Source: Candidatus Latescibacterota bacterium (GTDB lineage: Bacteria > Latescibacterota > UBA2968 > UBA8231). Taken from it: DNA of 64,000 nt. Shown here piece by piece: positions 19,257 to 28,818 of this stretch (within the stretch, counting starts at the first letter, position 1; every line of letters starts with the position of its first letter). The position numbers were made by a program, and so were the translations under genes. The stretch lies in the NCBI GenBank assembly GCA_965261395.1, contig OZ253462.1, positions 1,408,001 to 1,472,000 on the forward strand, given 5' to 3'. The notes under the pieces were generated by a model. It worked only from the letters and a program-made list of their open reading frames with translations, did no database searches and was not told the origin of the DNA.

Positions 19257-20153
19257 ATGAGTGCCACTGCCGCGATCCAAGAGATGCTCGCCGAGCACGG
19301 GTATGTCGCCGATCGCCAAGTTGTTATGTCCCTGTACCTCGCTCAGACCCTAGAGCGTCCGTTGCTCATCGAGGGACCGGCTGGCGTCGGCAAAACCGAG
19401 GTCGCCAAGGTCGTGGCCCGCGCCCTCGACACCGAGTTGATTCGCTTGCAGTGCTACGAGGGGCTAGACGCCCACGCCGCCCTGTACGAGTGGAACTACC
19501 AGCGCCAACTCTTGCATATCAAGCTCGACGAGAAAAGCCAACGTCCCCTAGCCGAGCGCGAGGCCGACCTCTTCTCCGAGGACTTCCTGCTCAAGCGCCC
19601 CTTGCTCCAGGCCATCACCCAGCCCGTCCCGCCAGTGCTGCTGATTGACGAACTCGACCGGGCCGACGAGGAGTTTGAGAGCTTCCTGCTCGAAGTGCTG
19701 TCCGACTGGCAGATTACCATCCCCGAAATCGGCACCATCCGCGCGACGGCGCGTCCGCACGTAATCCTGACCAGCAATCGCACCCGCGAGCTTTCCGACG
19801 CCGTGCGCCGCCGCTGCTTCTACCTGTGGATCGACTACCCGGAATTTGCCAAGGAAGTGGAGATCGTGCGCGGCAAGGTCGCTGGGATCGACGCTCAGCT
19901 CGCCGAGCAGATTTGTCACTTCATGGAAAAGATCCGCATGCAGCGCCTCGAAAAGATCCCCGGCGTCGCCGAAACCCTCGACTGGGCCAAGGCCCTCGTC
20001 GCCCTGCACCAGCACCACCTCGACCTCGAAGTCGTGGCGGATACCTTGGGCATTGTGCTCAAGGACCAGCGCGACGTGGCGCAGGTGAAGCAATCGCTGG
20101 CCGAGTTCTTGGAAGGATTGGGAGTCCGCGCCAAGCTGGCTCCAGAACGATGA
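19257..20153 (+). CDS. coxD: MoxR-family AAA+ ATPase, CoxD-like
   Basis: GPAGVGKT, RLQCYEGLD, LYEWNY and LLIDELDRADEEFE. Confidence 0.88.
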   Translation: MSATAAIQEMLAEHGYVADRQVVMSLYLAQTLERPLLIEGPAGVGKTEVAKVVARALDTELIRLQCYEGLDAHAALYEWNYQRQLLHIKLDEKSQRPLAEREADLFSEDFLLKRPLLQAITQPVPPVLLIDELDRADEEFESFLLEVLSDWQITIPEIGTIRATARPHVILTSNRTRELSDAVRRRCFYLWIDYPEFAKEVEIVRGKVAGIDAQLAEQICHFMEKIRMQRLEKIPGVAETLDWAKALVALHQHHLDLEVVADTLGIVLKDQRDVAQVKQSLAEFLEGLGVRAKLAPER

Positions 20154-21427
20154 ATCACAAAATCGACGACATCGCCCTGCACGGCGCGTTGAGCGCGAAT
20201 GTGGTCGGCTTCTGCCGCCTATTGCGTGCCCAGCAGTCCGGCCCGGCCTTAGGCGAGGAGCAAGACGCGCTCCGCGCCCTAGCGGCCATTGACCTGTCAG
20301 ATCCGGAGGACTTTCGGCTAAGCCTGCGGACGATTTTGGCCAAGACGCCCGCTGAGCAGAAGCTCTTTGATGCGCTTTTCGATGTCTATTGGTCGATATG
20401 GGATCGCGCTGACGAGTTGGGGCAGCCCCAGCCCGAGCCCCCTGCCTCCGAAAAGGCCAATGCCAACCGCCCCGGCAAGAGTGGCTTGACGAGCGTCCGC
20501 GACTGGCTCAAACAGGGCGAGCCGACCGAAGAGGAGCGCGAGGCCGCTGGGTACAGCCCCATTGAGGTACATACAAAGCGCGACTTTAAGAATTTTAACG
20601 CCGAAGAGCTGGAGGAGATCGGGCGGTTGCTGCAAGCCATCGCCCGCGCGCTCGCCACGCGCTTCAGCCGCCGCTATCGGCCCGCTCGCACGCCGGGCCG
20701 CCTCGACTTGCGGCGCACCCTCCGCGCCAGCCTGCGCCGCGGCGGCGAACTGCTGGACCTGTCCTATTGCCGCCGCACTCGCCAGAAGCCCAAGCTGGTC
20801 TTGCTGTGCGATGTCAGTAAGTCCATGGACCTATACAGCCGCTTCTTGATCCAGTTCATGTACGCCTTCCAAAACGCCTATCGCCGCATCGAGACGTTTG
20901 TGTTTGCGACCTCGCTACACCACGTCGCGCCCCTGCTGAGGGGCAACGACCTGAGCGCGGGGTTGGACGCGATTGCCGCGCAGGTGCCGGACTGGTCGGG
21001 CGGCACGCGCATCGGCACCTCGCTGGCGACCTTCCTCAGCGAACACGCCGATCTCGTCGATCGCCAGACTGCGCTGCTGATCGTCAGCGATGGCTGGGAC
21101 ACTGGCGACATTGAGCTCCTCGAAGAAAGCATGCGCACGTTGCAGCGCCGCAGCCGCTGCCTAATCTGGCTCAACCCCCTGCTAGGCAGCCCGGACTATC
21201 GGCCCGCCACGCGTGGGATGCAGGCCGCCTTGCCGTACATTGACCTCTTTGCTCCGGCCCACAATATCGAGAGCCTCAAGGCCCTAGTCGGATACCTGAT
21301 GAGGCTGCGCGGTGTGACGGCCGCGCGCTACCTGCTCCGACGCCCTGAGCAGCCCGCGCCGACGAAAGCCCAGCCCGCTGCGCCGACGAGGGCCGATTGG
21401 TACCGGCGCTTTGGAGTCCAGCCGTGA
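20150..21427 (+). CDS. coxE: VWA domain protein, CoxE-like
   Basis: DLRRTLR, LCDVSKSM MIDAS motif, WSGGTRIG, VSDGWD and IWLNP; ATG at 20150 overlaps the coxD stop. Confidence 0.9.
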   Translation: MNHKIDDIALHGALSANVVGFCRLLRAQQSGPALGEEQDALRALAAIDLSDPEDFRLSLRTILAKTPAEQKLFDALFDVYWSIWDRADELGQPQPEPPASEKANANRPGKSGLTSVRDWLKQGEPTEEEREAAGYSPIEVHTKRDFKNFNAEELEEIGRLLQAIARALATRFSRRYRPARTPGRLDLRRTLRASLRRGGELLDLSYCRRTRQKPKLVLLCDVSKSMDLYSRFLIQFMYAFQNAYRRIETFVFATSLHHVAPLLRGNDLSAGLDAIAAQVPDWSGGTRIGTSLATFLSEHADLVDRQTALLIVSDGWDTGDIELLEESMRTLQRRSRCLIWLNPLLGSPDYRPATRGMQAALPYIDLFAPAHNIESLKALVGYLMRLRGVTAARYLLRRPEQPAPTKAQPAAPTRADWYRRFGVQP

Positions 21428-22590
21428 AAGACTTGCAGACGATCCTCCGCCGCGCCGAGGAGCTTGACGAGGCGGGTGAGTCCTATGTCCTAGCCACTGT
21501 GGTGCAGACCTCCGGCTCAGTCTATCGCGGACCGGGCACCCGCATGTTGATCGAAGCCGACCTTCAGAGCTTGGGCACCATCAGCGGCGGCTGTCTCGAA
21601 GGCGATGTGCGCGAAAACGCGCAAGCCGTCTTCGCCGATGGCCTGCCCCGTCTTCTCCATTACGACGCCACCTCTGAAGACGACATCCTCTGGGGCACTG
21701 GCTTAGGCTGTAGCGGCACGGTGGACGTGCTCTTAGAGCGCCTGCCCCAAGATGCTCCCTTCCACTATCCAACCTTCTTGCACGGCTGCGCCTTGGAAAA
21801 TCGGCGCGGCGTCCTCGTCACGGTCTTTGCCACCGAGGGCGAAACCAATGCCGCACCGGGCCAACATCTGATCCTCGACGAGCGGGAAAACGCCCGCGAC
21901 GACATCGCCGACTTGGAGCTGCGCGAGATTGTGCTCAACGCCGCCAGCGGAATCCTTGCTACCCTCGACGACACTCGGCTCCCCATCGCCCTGGGATACA
22001 CTCGCCACTACGAGTTGACGCACAGCAAGGCCGCCCTGCTCATAGAGCCTCTGCTGCCCCCCATCGCCCTTTACCTCTTCGGTGCTGGCTACGACGCCGT
22101 GCCCCTCGCCCAGCTAGCCGGCGAACTCGGCTGGCGCGTCTCCGTCGCCGACCATCGGCCCTCCTATGCTCGCGCCGAACGCTTCCCTTGGGCCAGGCAA
22201 GTCCTCCTCGCCCAGCCCGGTCATCTGCCCGAGGATCTTCAATTCGACAACCGCTCGTGCGCCGTCATCATGAGCCACAACTATCTACAGGATCAGGCTC
22301 TGTTGCGGGACTTGCTCGCCGCTCCCCTCGTCTATTTGGGCGTCCTCGGCCCGCACCAGCGCACCCAGCGCCTGCTCGCCGATTTGCAAAAAGAAGATAT
22401 CGCGCCAAGCGATGAGCAGATCGCACGTCTCTTCAGCCCGGTGGGCCTCGACATCGGTGCCGAAACGGCCGAGGAAATAGCCCTGTCCATTCTCGGCGAA
22501 ATCCAAGCCGCGCTCACCGGCCGCCAGGGCGGCTCGCTCCGCGACCACCCCGGGCCGATCCACGATCGGCCTACCACACCCAGCGCCTGA
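21424..22590 (+). CDS. xdhC: XdhC/CoxI family Moco-insertion chaperone
   Basis: GTISGGCLE, GLGCSG, LFGAG and PVGLDIGAETAEEIALSI. Confidence 0.9.
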   Translation: MKDLQTILRRAEELDEAGESYVLATVVQTSGSVYRGPGTRMLIEADLQSLGTISGGCLEGDVRENAQAVFADGLPRLLHYDATSEDDILWGTGLGCSGTVDVLLERLPQDAPFHYPTFLHGCALENRRGVLVTVFATEGETNAAPGQHLILDERENARDDIADLELREIVLNAASGILATLDDTRLPIALGYTRHYELTHSKAALLIEPLLPPIALYLFGAGYDAVPLAQLAGELGWRVSVADHRPSYARAERFPWARQVLLAQPGHLPEDLQFDNRSCAVIMSHNYLQDQALLRDLLAAPLVYLGVLGPHQRTQRLLADLQKEDIAPSDEQIARLFSPVGLDIGAETAEEIALSILGEIQAALTGRQGGSLRDHPGPIHDRPTTPSA

Positions 22591-22963
22591 GTCCGTTGAC
22601 TTGGTCGAAATGCGCGTCGAAAGAGACGATGACCGAGCCGGTTTCCATGGCCTGTGCCGCCAGCCATATATCGTTTAGCGGTATCGGCGTTCCGGCTTTT
22701 TGTAGTTCGTTTTTGATTTGGCCGAAGACTTCCCCGGTTTCAGCGGTGACGTCGAGGACGCGCACATTGGATTTTTGCAAAAAACGCGCTAGCAGAGCCT
22801 TGTTTTCCTTGAGCCGATTGCCGCCGCAAAAGCCAGCGTATAATTCCCCGATGACAATGGCAGAAAAGAACGCGGTTTCCGCCTCGGCCAGCGCATTCAG
22901 CAGGTGCTCATTTCCAGTTAGAAATGCGGTATAGGCATTGGTGTCGAGGAGTATGCGGTTCAT
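22571..22963 (-). CDS. vapC: VapC PIN-domain toxin
   Basis: ILLDTNAY, GEL, IPLNDIWLAA and SFDAHF. Confidence 0.92.
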   Translation of the reverse strand: MNRILLDTNAYTAFLTGNEHLLNALAEAETAFFSAIVIGELYAGFCGGNRLKENKALLARFLQKSNVRVLDVTAETGEVFGQIKNELQKAGTPIPLNDIWLAAQAMETGSVIVSFDAHFDQVNGLRRWVW

Positions 22964-23205
22964 TTCCAGTCGCTGGGGTCAATTTGGCGCAGGTCTTTTG
23001 TAGCCTGTTCAAACTCGGCCAGATCCGCTGCCGACCAACAGCCAAAGAGATCGGCAAATTCTTCTCGCCGCGAATGCCGTCCTCCCAGTGCCTGTTCAAG
23101 CAACCCTTTAATGGTCTTATTCAAACTCTTGCCTTCGATTGCGGCCTTCTCCCTGATTTGCCGGTCCATTTCATCGTCCATTCCGTGAATGGTAATTGAT
23201 TTCAT
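22960..23205 (-). CDS. vapB: Ribbon-helix-helix antitoxin (VapB/FitA-like)
   Basis: MKSITIHGMD...EGKSLN; overlaps the vapC start by 4 nt. Confidence 0.82.
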   Translation of the reverse strand: MKSITIHGMDDEMDRQIREKAAIEGKSLNKTIKGLLEQALGGRHSRREEFADLFGCWSAADLAEFEQATKDLRQIDPSDWK

Positions 23206-23234
23206 GCCACAAACTCCGAACTATAAAGTGAACT

Positions 23235-23261
23235 ATATTGAACCAAAAAATAGTTCAATAT
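23235..23261. promoter_or_regulatory. Palindromic operator upstream of vapBC
   Basis: Perfect IR ATATTGAAC-N9-GTTCAATAT in an AT-rich patch ~30 bp upstream of vapB. Confidence 0.6.
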
Positions 23262-23325
23262 GCGTGTTGCGGCAAACGCATTTGCCTTGCAGAATATCCT
23301 GAACCAACAACGTAAGAGGAACGCA

Positions 23326-25632
23326 ATGCCTATCAGCGCCAAAGACCTCCAAGCCGCCCTCCCCGACCTCGAAAGCACCCAGTGTTGTGAGGGCCTTGAA
23401 AAAACCGTCACCATTCACCGCGACCCTTGGGGAATCCCCCATATCCAAGCCGAATCGGAAGCCGACCTGTTTTTCGCCCAGGGCTTTGCCACGGCCCAAG
23501 ACCGCCTGTGGCATATGGACTTCGACCGCCATCAGGCGCTAGGCCGCTGGTCCGAATGGGCTGGCTCCGCAGGACTGGCCCGCGACCACCTCCTGCGCGC
23601 CGCTGGCATGGGCCGCACCGCCAAGTTGGACTACGAAGCGTCCAGCCCCCAAGCCCGCGCCATGCTCGACGCGTACGCCGCTGGGGTCAACGCCTTTTTG
23701 GCGACGACCACAGCCCTACCCGTCGAATACCAACTCCTCGACCAGCGCCCCGAGCCGTGGGCAAGCTGGCACTGCCTCGCCGTGTACAAGATGCGCAACA
23801 GCCTGCTCGGCACCTTTGAATCCAAGCTCTGGCGCACTCGTCTCGCCCAAATCGTCGGCCCTGAAAACCTCGCTCAACTAATCAAAGGCTATCCCGAAGG
23901 CCACCTGCTCACCGTGCCCCCCGGCACCGAATATCAGGGAGAACCTCTCAACGCCCTCGCTGCCCTTAGTCGCCGCGAAACCGACCCCGGTTCCAATGCT
24001 TGGTCCATCGCGGGTGCGTACACGGATTCGGGCTTGCCGCTGGTGGCCGGAGACTCGCACCGCGCCCTCGACACCCCTTCCGTCTATTATCAAGTCCACC
24101 TCGCCTGTCCCGACTTCGCCGTCAGCGGCTACTCGGTGCCCGGCGTCCCCGGCACCCTGCACTTTTGCCACAACGAGTACGTGGCTTGGGGCATGACCTA
24201 CGGCAGTGCCGACACTCAGGATCTGTTCGTCGAGCGCTTCCGCGCAACGGCCGACGGCTTGGAGTACGAATTCAGCGGCGCGTGGCGTCCAGCGGAAATC
24301 CTGCGGGAAGAAATCCACGTCCGCGGTGCGGCAGCCGTTACCTCTGAAGTCGTCATTACTCACCACGGTCCCATCATCGTCGGCGATCCGCGCAAGGGCC
24401 AAGCCATCGCCATCAGCGACCCCGGCCTCATCGAAGGTACTCCTTGGGCCGACGCGGCCCGCGATGCCATGCGCGCTCGGTCGGTCGAGGACTTGCACCA
24501 AGCCTTTGCTCGCTGGAACGACCGCGTCAACAACTACGCCGTCGCCGACATCCACGGCTGCTTCGGCTATGTACACGCAGGCCGGATCCCCGTGCGCGAG
24601 GCCGCAAACGGCTGGCGCGCCGTTCCCGGCTGGAGCGGCGAGCACGAGTGGCAGGGCTACATCCCCCACGCCGAGTTGCCCAAAGCCATAGACCCCGCAG
24701 CAGGCTATGCCATCACCTGCAACCAGCGCGTAACCGGCTCGGATTATCCCTACTACGTCGGGCTTGTCTTTAGCCCCGACTACCGCGCCCGCCGCATCCA
24801 GACTCGCATCCTAGAGCTAGCAAAAGGCACGGCCACTCCCGAAGATATGGGCCGCATCCACGCCGAACGCGTCTCGCTGCCGGCCCAAGTCTTTACGCGG
24901 GCCTTGCTCGCCATTGAGCCGCCCGACGCCGGCTGCGCCCAAGCCCTCGACCTGCTGCGCCAGTGGGACTGTCGGATGGACCGCGATCAAGCCCAGCCGG
25001 CGATCTATGCCCAAACCCGCGCCCTACTTGGCTACCACATCGCGCAAACCCTGTTCGGCGGCGACGCCTTGACCTTGCTCGCAGAGGACGGCGGCGATGC
25101 CCACTGGCGTCTTATCAACCTCGAAGCAACCCTCGCTATTGAGCGCGGCGATACGGCGCTGCTGCCGCCCGGCCAAACTTGGTCCCAAGCTCTGACCGAG
25201 GCCCTGACCGGCGCGCTCGCCGCTCTCAAAGAGGCCCTCGGCGACGACATGCGCCAATGGCGTTGGGGCCGCTTGCACTGCACCCAGCCACAGCACCCGC
25301 TCTCTGCAGTTTTCCCCGAGGCTGCTTCCTCCCTCGACCCCCCTTCGCTGCCCGTCCACGGCGATGGCGATACGCCCCTAGCTGGCAGCTATGCCTTCGA
25401 CGACTTTGCGGTTACGGGTCTTTCGGTCAACCGCTATATCTTCGATCCCTCCGACTGGACCCGCTCGCGTTGGATCGCGCCGCTGGGGGCCTCTGGTCAC
25501 CCGGCCAGCCCGCACTACGCCGACCAAGCCCAGCTTTGGGCCGATGTGGAATTCATACCTCAGTTGTGGGATTGGCAGGAGATACGCGACCGGGCGGAGA
25601 TGACGCAGCTTCTGGTGCCGCCGGAGAAGTAG
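23326..25632 (+). CDS. Penicillin acylase family (Ntn hydrolase), no signal peptide
   Basis: RDPWGIPHI, AQDRLWHMD, GSNAW autoproteolytic Ser, THHGPI and GASGHPASPHYADQ. Confidence 0.92.
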   Translation: MPISAKDLQAALPDLESTQCCEGLEKTVTIHRDPWGIPHIQAESEADLFFAQGFATAQDRLWHMDFDRHQALGRWSEWAGSAGLARDHLLRAAGMGRTAKLDYEASSPQARAMLDAYAAGVNAFLATTTALPVEYQLLDQRPEPWASWHCLAVYKMRNSLLGTFESKLWRTRLAQIVGPENLAQLIKGYPEGHLLTVPPGTEYQGEPLNALAALSRRETDPGSNAWSIAGAYTDSGLPLVAGDSHRALDTPSVYYQVHLACPDFAVSGYSVPGVPGTLHFCHNEYVAWGMTYGSADTQDLFVERFRATADGLEYEFSGAWRPAEILREEIHVRGAAAVTSEVVITHHGPIIVGDPRKGQAIAISDPGLIEGTPWADAARDAMRARSVEDLHQAFARWNDRVNNYAVADIHGCFGYVHAGRIPVREAANGWRAVPGWSGEHEWQGYIPHAELPKAIDPAAGYAITCNQRVTGSDYPYYVGLVFSPDYRARRIQTRILELAKGTATPEDMGRIHAERVSLPAQVFTRALLAIEPPDAGCAQALDLLRQWDCRMDRDQAQPAIYAQTRALLGYHIAQTLFGGDALTLLAEDGGDAHWRLINLEATLAIERGDTALLPPGQTWSQALTEALTGALAALKEALGDDMRQWRWGRLHCTQPQHPLSAVFPEAASSLDPPSLPVHGDGDTPLAGSYAFDDFAVTGLSVNRYIFDPSDWTRSRWIAPLGASGHPASPHYADQAQLWADVEFIPQLWDWQEIRDRAEMTQLLVPPEK

Positions 25633-25678
25633 CCCCTAGTACTGCCGGATGTGGATGGCGATAAATGACTTTTCATTG

Positions 25679-25708
25679 CAATAAATTGCCATTAAAGGTA
25701 ATTTATTG
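25679..25708. promoter_or_regulatory. Palindromic operator upstream of abiE
   Basis: CAATAAATTGCC-N6-GGTAATTTATTG (11/12 IR) directly before the AbiEi ATG. Confidence 0.6.
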
Positions 25709-25710
25709 TT

Positions 25711-26349
25711 ATGAAATTCGATCAATTGCTCGCCATCGTGGCCGATGAGCCAGTGTTTGAAACCGGCCTGCTCTTGGCCGGACCCGTAAACCCAAGCGAT
25801 ATGCGGCGACAGCTCGTGCGCTGGACCCAAGCCGGACGATTGCACCAGCTACGGCGCGGGCTCTACGCGCTGGCACCGCCCTACCGCCAAACTGTGCCCC
25901 ATCCCTTCCTCGTCGCCAATCGACTGGTGCGCGGCTCTTATGTCAGCGGTCTGTCGGCGTTGGCCCACGCTGGTGTGATTCCCGAGTACGTGCCGGAGGT
26001 GACCAGTGTGACCGGTGGGCGTCCCCAGCTCCACCAGACGCCGCTAGGCCGCTTTTCCTTTCGCCATCTCAAGACCGATTTGCTCTACGGCTATCAACAC
26101 GTGGAGTTGGTACATGGCCAGTCGGCTTTTGTCGCCGCGCCGGAAAAGGCACTGCTCGATCTGATCTATCTACAGCCGAATGGCGACACACCTGCCTATA
26201 TCAACGAACTGCGCCTCGACTGGGGGAGCCTCGACCTAGCGGAACTGGATAGATTGGTTGCCATCGCCGCCCGTCCCAAATTGCTGAGAGCCGTGCGGTG
26301 CATTCGCGCACTAGCCCAAGACGCGGTGTTGGGCTACGAGGATCTATGA
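25711..26349 (+). CDS. Type IV TA antitoxin, AbiEi-like
   Basis: wHTH LRRGLY, SYVSGLSAL..GVIPE and PEKALLDLIY. Confidence 0.85.
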   Translation: MKFDQLLAIVADEPVFETGLLLAGPVNPSDMRRQLVRWTQAGRLHQLRRGLYALAPPYRQTVPHPFLVANRLVRGSYVSGLSALAHAGVIPEYVPEVTSVTGGRPQLHQTPLGRFSFRHLKTDLLYGYQHVELVHGQSAFVAAPEKALLDLIYLQPNGDTPAYINELRLDWGSLDLAELDRLVAIAARPKLLRAVRCIRALAQDAVLGYEDL

Positions 26350-27149
26350 AAGATCACCTGTTCCAGCTCGTGCAGGCGGCCGGTCCCTTGCAGGGGCGCA
26401 ATATCCTGCGCGAATACTTGCAGGCCCGGATCTTGGATGCTTTACAGCGTGCGGGGGCGATGATGCCGCTGGCGTTTCAAGGGGGCACTAGCCTGCGCTT
26501 CCTCTTTGCGCTACCGCGCTACTCCGAAGACCTCGACTTTACCCTCGAAGGCGATCCGGCTTCCTACGATTTGCGCGCTTATTTAGCAGCCATTCGCGCG
26601 GAATTTACTCGCGAAGGGTACGAAGTCGGTCTCGGCCTAAACGACCGGCGGACCGTCCACCGCGCGATTGTGCGCTTCAGAGGCCTGCTGTACGAGGCCG
26701 GTCTCTCTCCGCATCAGAACGAAGCTCTGACTGTGCAAATCGATATCGATACGAACCCGCCAGCCGGTGCCGTGCTGGAGACCCGGTTGGTGCGCCGGCA
26801 CGTGACCCTGCGGCTCCAGCATCACGACCGGGCTTCCCTACTCGCCGGCAAACTACATGCGATTCTACAGCGCCCTTACACCAAAGGGCGGGATCTGTAC
26901 GACTTGATATGGTACTTGAGTGACCGGACCTGGCCTGCACCCAATCTATCCCTACTCAACGCGGCGTTGCAGCAGACTCAGTGGCCCGGCGAGGCACTGA
27001 CGACACGGACTTGGCGGGAAGTGGTCGGCGGCCGGCTACGCGCTCTGGCGTGGGATCAGGTGGCGGCCGATGTGCGTCCTTTTTTGGAACGGGAGGAAGA
27101 CGCGGCGCTGTTGAACATGGAAACCGCGCTACAGCTACTGGTTGGCTGA
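26346..27149 (+). CDS. Type IV TA toxin, AbiEii nucleotidyltransferase
   Basis: FQGGTSLR, RYSEDLDF, GKLHA and KGRDLYDL. Confidence 0.9.
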   Translation: MKDHLFQLVQAAGPLQGRNILREYLQARILDALQRAGAMMPLAFQGGTSLRFLFALPRYSEDLDFTLEGDPASYDLRAYLAAIRAEFTREGYEVGLGLNDRRTVHRAIVRFRGLLYEAGLSPHQNEALTVQIDIDTNPPAGAVLETRLVRRHVTLRLQHHDRASLLAGKLHAILQRPYTKGRDLYDLIWYLSDRTWPAPNLSLLNAALQQTQWPGEALTTRTWREVVGGRLRALAWDQVAADVRPFLEREEDAALLNMETALQLLVG

Positions 27150-27170
27150 TCGCTCGACCCGTACGCCAAT

Positions 27171-27767
27171 TTACAATGCGGTCCGCGCCGCTCGATAGCT
27201 TTCCTGCGTATCCACATCCACGAAGATGCCCTCGTCCTCGACGGGTACTTCGACGACGTTGGCTGCGTTGCTTGCCAAGACTGGCCGCGCCCCCCGATCG
27301 CCAGTCAACGCGAGCAAGGCATTGCGATGGGCGCTGCCGATGGCTACCGGATGGCCGCGTCGTCCGTCGCGCACCGGCACGGCGATCGCCTCTCTACTTT
27401 TCAACGCCTTGGCGACCTGTAGCATCGTCTTACCGGCTACCTGCGGCATATCTCCTAGGGCAAAGAGATACCCTTGCTCGCCGGCTGCCGCTTCCACCCC
27501 CACTCTGATAGAGGCGGCCATCCCCTCGGCAAAATCGGGATTGTGTACCAGCCGCACGGGATAGCGGCTCAACGCTTTCTCTACCTCTACCCGCTGATGC
27601 CCTGTCACCACGACCACCTCGCCCAAACCCGCCGCGCAGATCCGCTCCACCACGACTTGGAGGACGCTTTGCTCCTGCCAAGGGAGTAGCAGCTTATTGG
27701 CACCCTCCATCCTAGAGGAACTCCCCGCCGCCAGTATGATCCCGCTAAGGTCTGCGAATCTGGTCAT
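27171..27767 (-). CDS. mocA: Molybdenum cofactor cytidylyltransferase (MocA-like)
   Basis: ILAAGSSSRM..NKLLL, LGDMP, GHPV, GDRGAR and DVDT; located within the cox cluster. Confidence 0.85.
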   Translation of the reverse strand: MTRFADLSGIILAAGSSSRMEGANKLLLPWQEQSVLQVVVERICAAGLGEVVVVTGHQRVEVEKALSRYPVRLVHNPDFAEGMAASIRVGVEAAAGEQGYLFALGDMPQVAGKTMLQVAKALKSREAIAVPVRDGRRGHPVAIGSAHRNALLALTGDRGARPVLASNAANVVEVPVEDEGIFVDVDTQESYRAARTAL

Positions 27768-27884
27768 CTCAATCCGTCGCTTCGCCGCGTTAGTTCCGTC
27801 GGCTGTTTAATTGACAAGGAAGGGCAAAGTTTTTTAATATCCACCGCGTCATCCGCTTCTGGCCTTTAACCATAGCATCGGCTC

Positions 27885-28322
27885 ATGCAGCTTGCAGGCT
27901 CTCATACTTTTCGCGCCCCAAGGCAAATCCTGTGGGACTTGCTCAACGACCCCGAGGTGTTGGCGCGCATCACGCCAGGCGTCGATACCTTGGAGCAGAC
28001 CGGCCCCGGCCAGTACCAAGCCGTACTGCACATCAAAATGGGGCCGATTAACAGCACGTTCAACGGCGTGCTGCAAGTAGTAGATAGCAAGGAGCCGGAA
28101 AGCTATCGCCTGCTCATCAATGTCGATGGCAAGATTGGCCAGATTGCGGCCGAGGGCCACGTCCAGCTCGCCGACCAAGATCACGAGACGACCACGGTGG
28201 CAATCGAGGGCGGCTCGCAGTTGACGGGTCGGTTGGCGAGCATGGGCCAGCGCCTGCTCTCGGGCGTGGCGCGGATGTTTACCAACCAGTTTTTTAAGGC
28301 GCTGGAACGCGAATTACCTTAA
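27885..28322 (+). CDS. coxG: CoxG/SRPBCC family protein
   Basis: WDLLNDPEVLAR.TPG and G.LASMGQRL; directly upstream of coxS. Confidence 0.85.
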   Translation: MQLAGSHTFRAPRQILWDLLNDPEVLARITPGVDTLEQTGPGQYQAVLHIKMGPINSTFNGVLQVVDSKEPESYRLLINVDGKIGQIAAEGHVQLADQDHETTTVAIEGGSQLTGRLASMGQRLLSGVARMFTNQFFKALERELP

Positions 28323-28344
28323 TTCGATTCAATAGGAGGTGGCT

Positions 28345-28809
28345 ATGTCAGTAGCGATCAAGGTCACTGTCAACGGCCAGACCCACGAGCACGAGGTGGA
28401 GCCGCGTCAGATGCTCGTCAGCTATTTGCGCGAGGAGCTACGCCTGACGGGCACCCACGTCGGCTGCGACACCAGCAACTGCGGTGCCTGCACCGCTATC
28501 GTCGATGGCCAAGCCGTCAAGGTCTGCACCATGCTCGCGGCGCAAGCCGACGGCGCGGAGATAACGACCATCGAAGGGCTTGCGGACAACGGGACGCTGC
28601 ATCCGTTACAGGCAGCTTTCCGCGAGACCCACGGCTTGCAGTGCGGCTTTTGCACGCCCGGCATGATCCTGGCCGCTTGGCAGTTGCTAGAGCGCAACGC
28701 AATGCCCAGCGACGCGGAGATCCGCCACGCACTCGAAGGCAACTTTTGCCGCTGCACGGGCTACGACAACATCATCAAGGCGGTCAAACTCGCCGCCGAG
28801 AGCGCATAG
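28345..28809 (+). CDS. coxS: 2Fe-2S small subunit of a molybdenum hydroxylase
   Basis: GCDTSNCGAC, QCGFCTPG and GNFCRCTGY; AGGAGG RBS before the ATG at 28345. Confidence 0.93.
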   Translation: MSVAIKVTVNGQTHEHEVEPRQMLVSYLREELRLTGTHVGCDTSNCGACTAIVDGQAVKVCTMLAAQADGAEITTIEGLADNGTLHPLQAAFRETHGLQCGFCTPGMILAAWQLLERNAMPSDAEIRHALEGNFCRCTGYDNIIKAVKLAAESA

Positions 28810-28818
28810 GAGGCCGTT

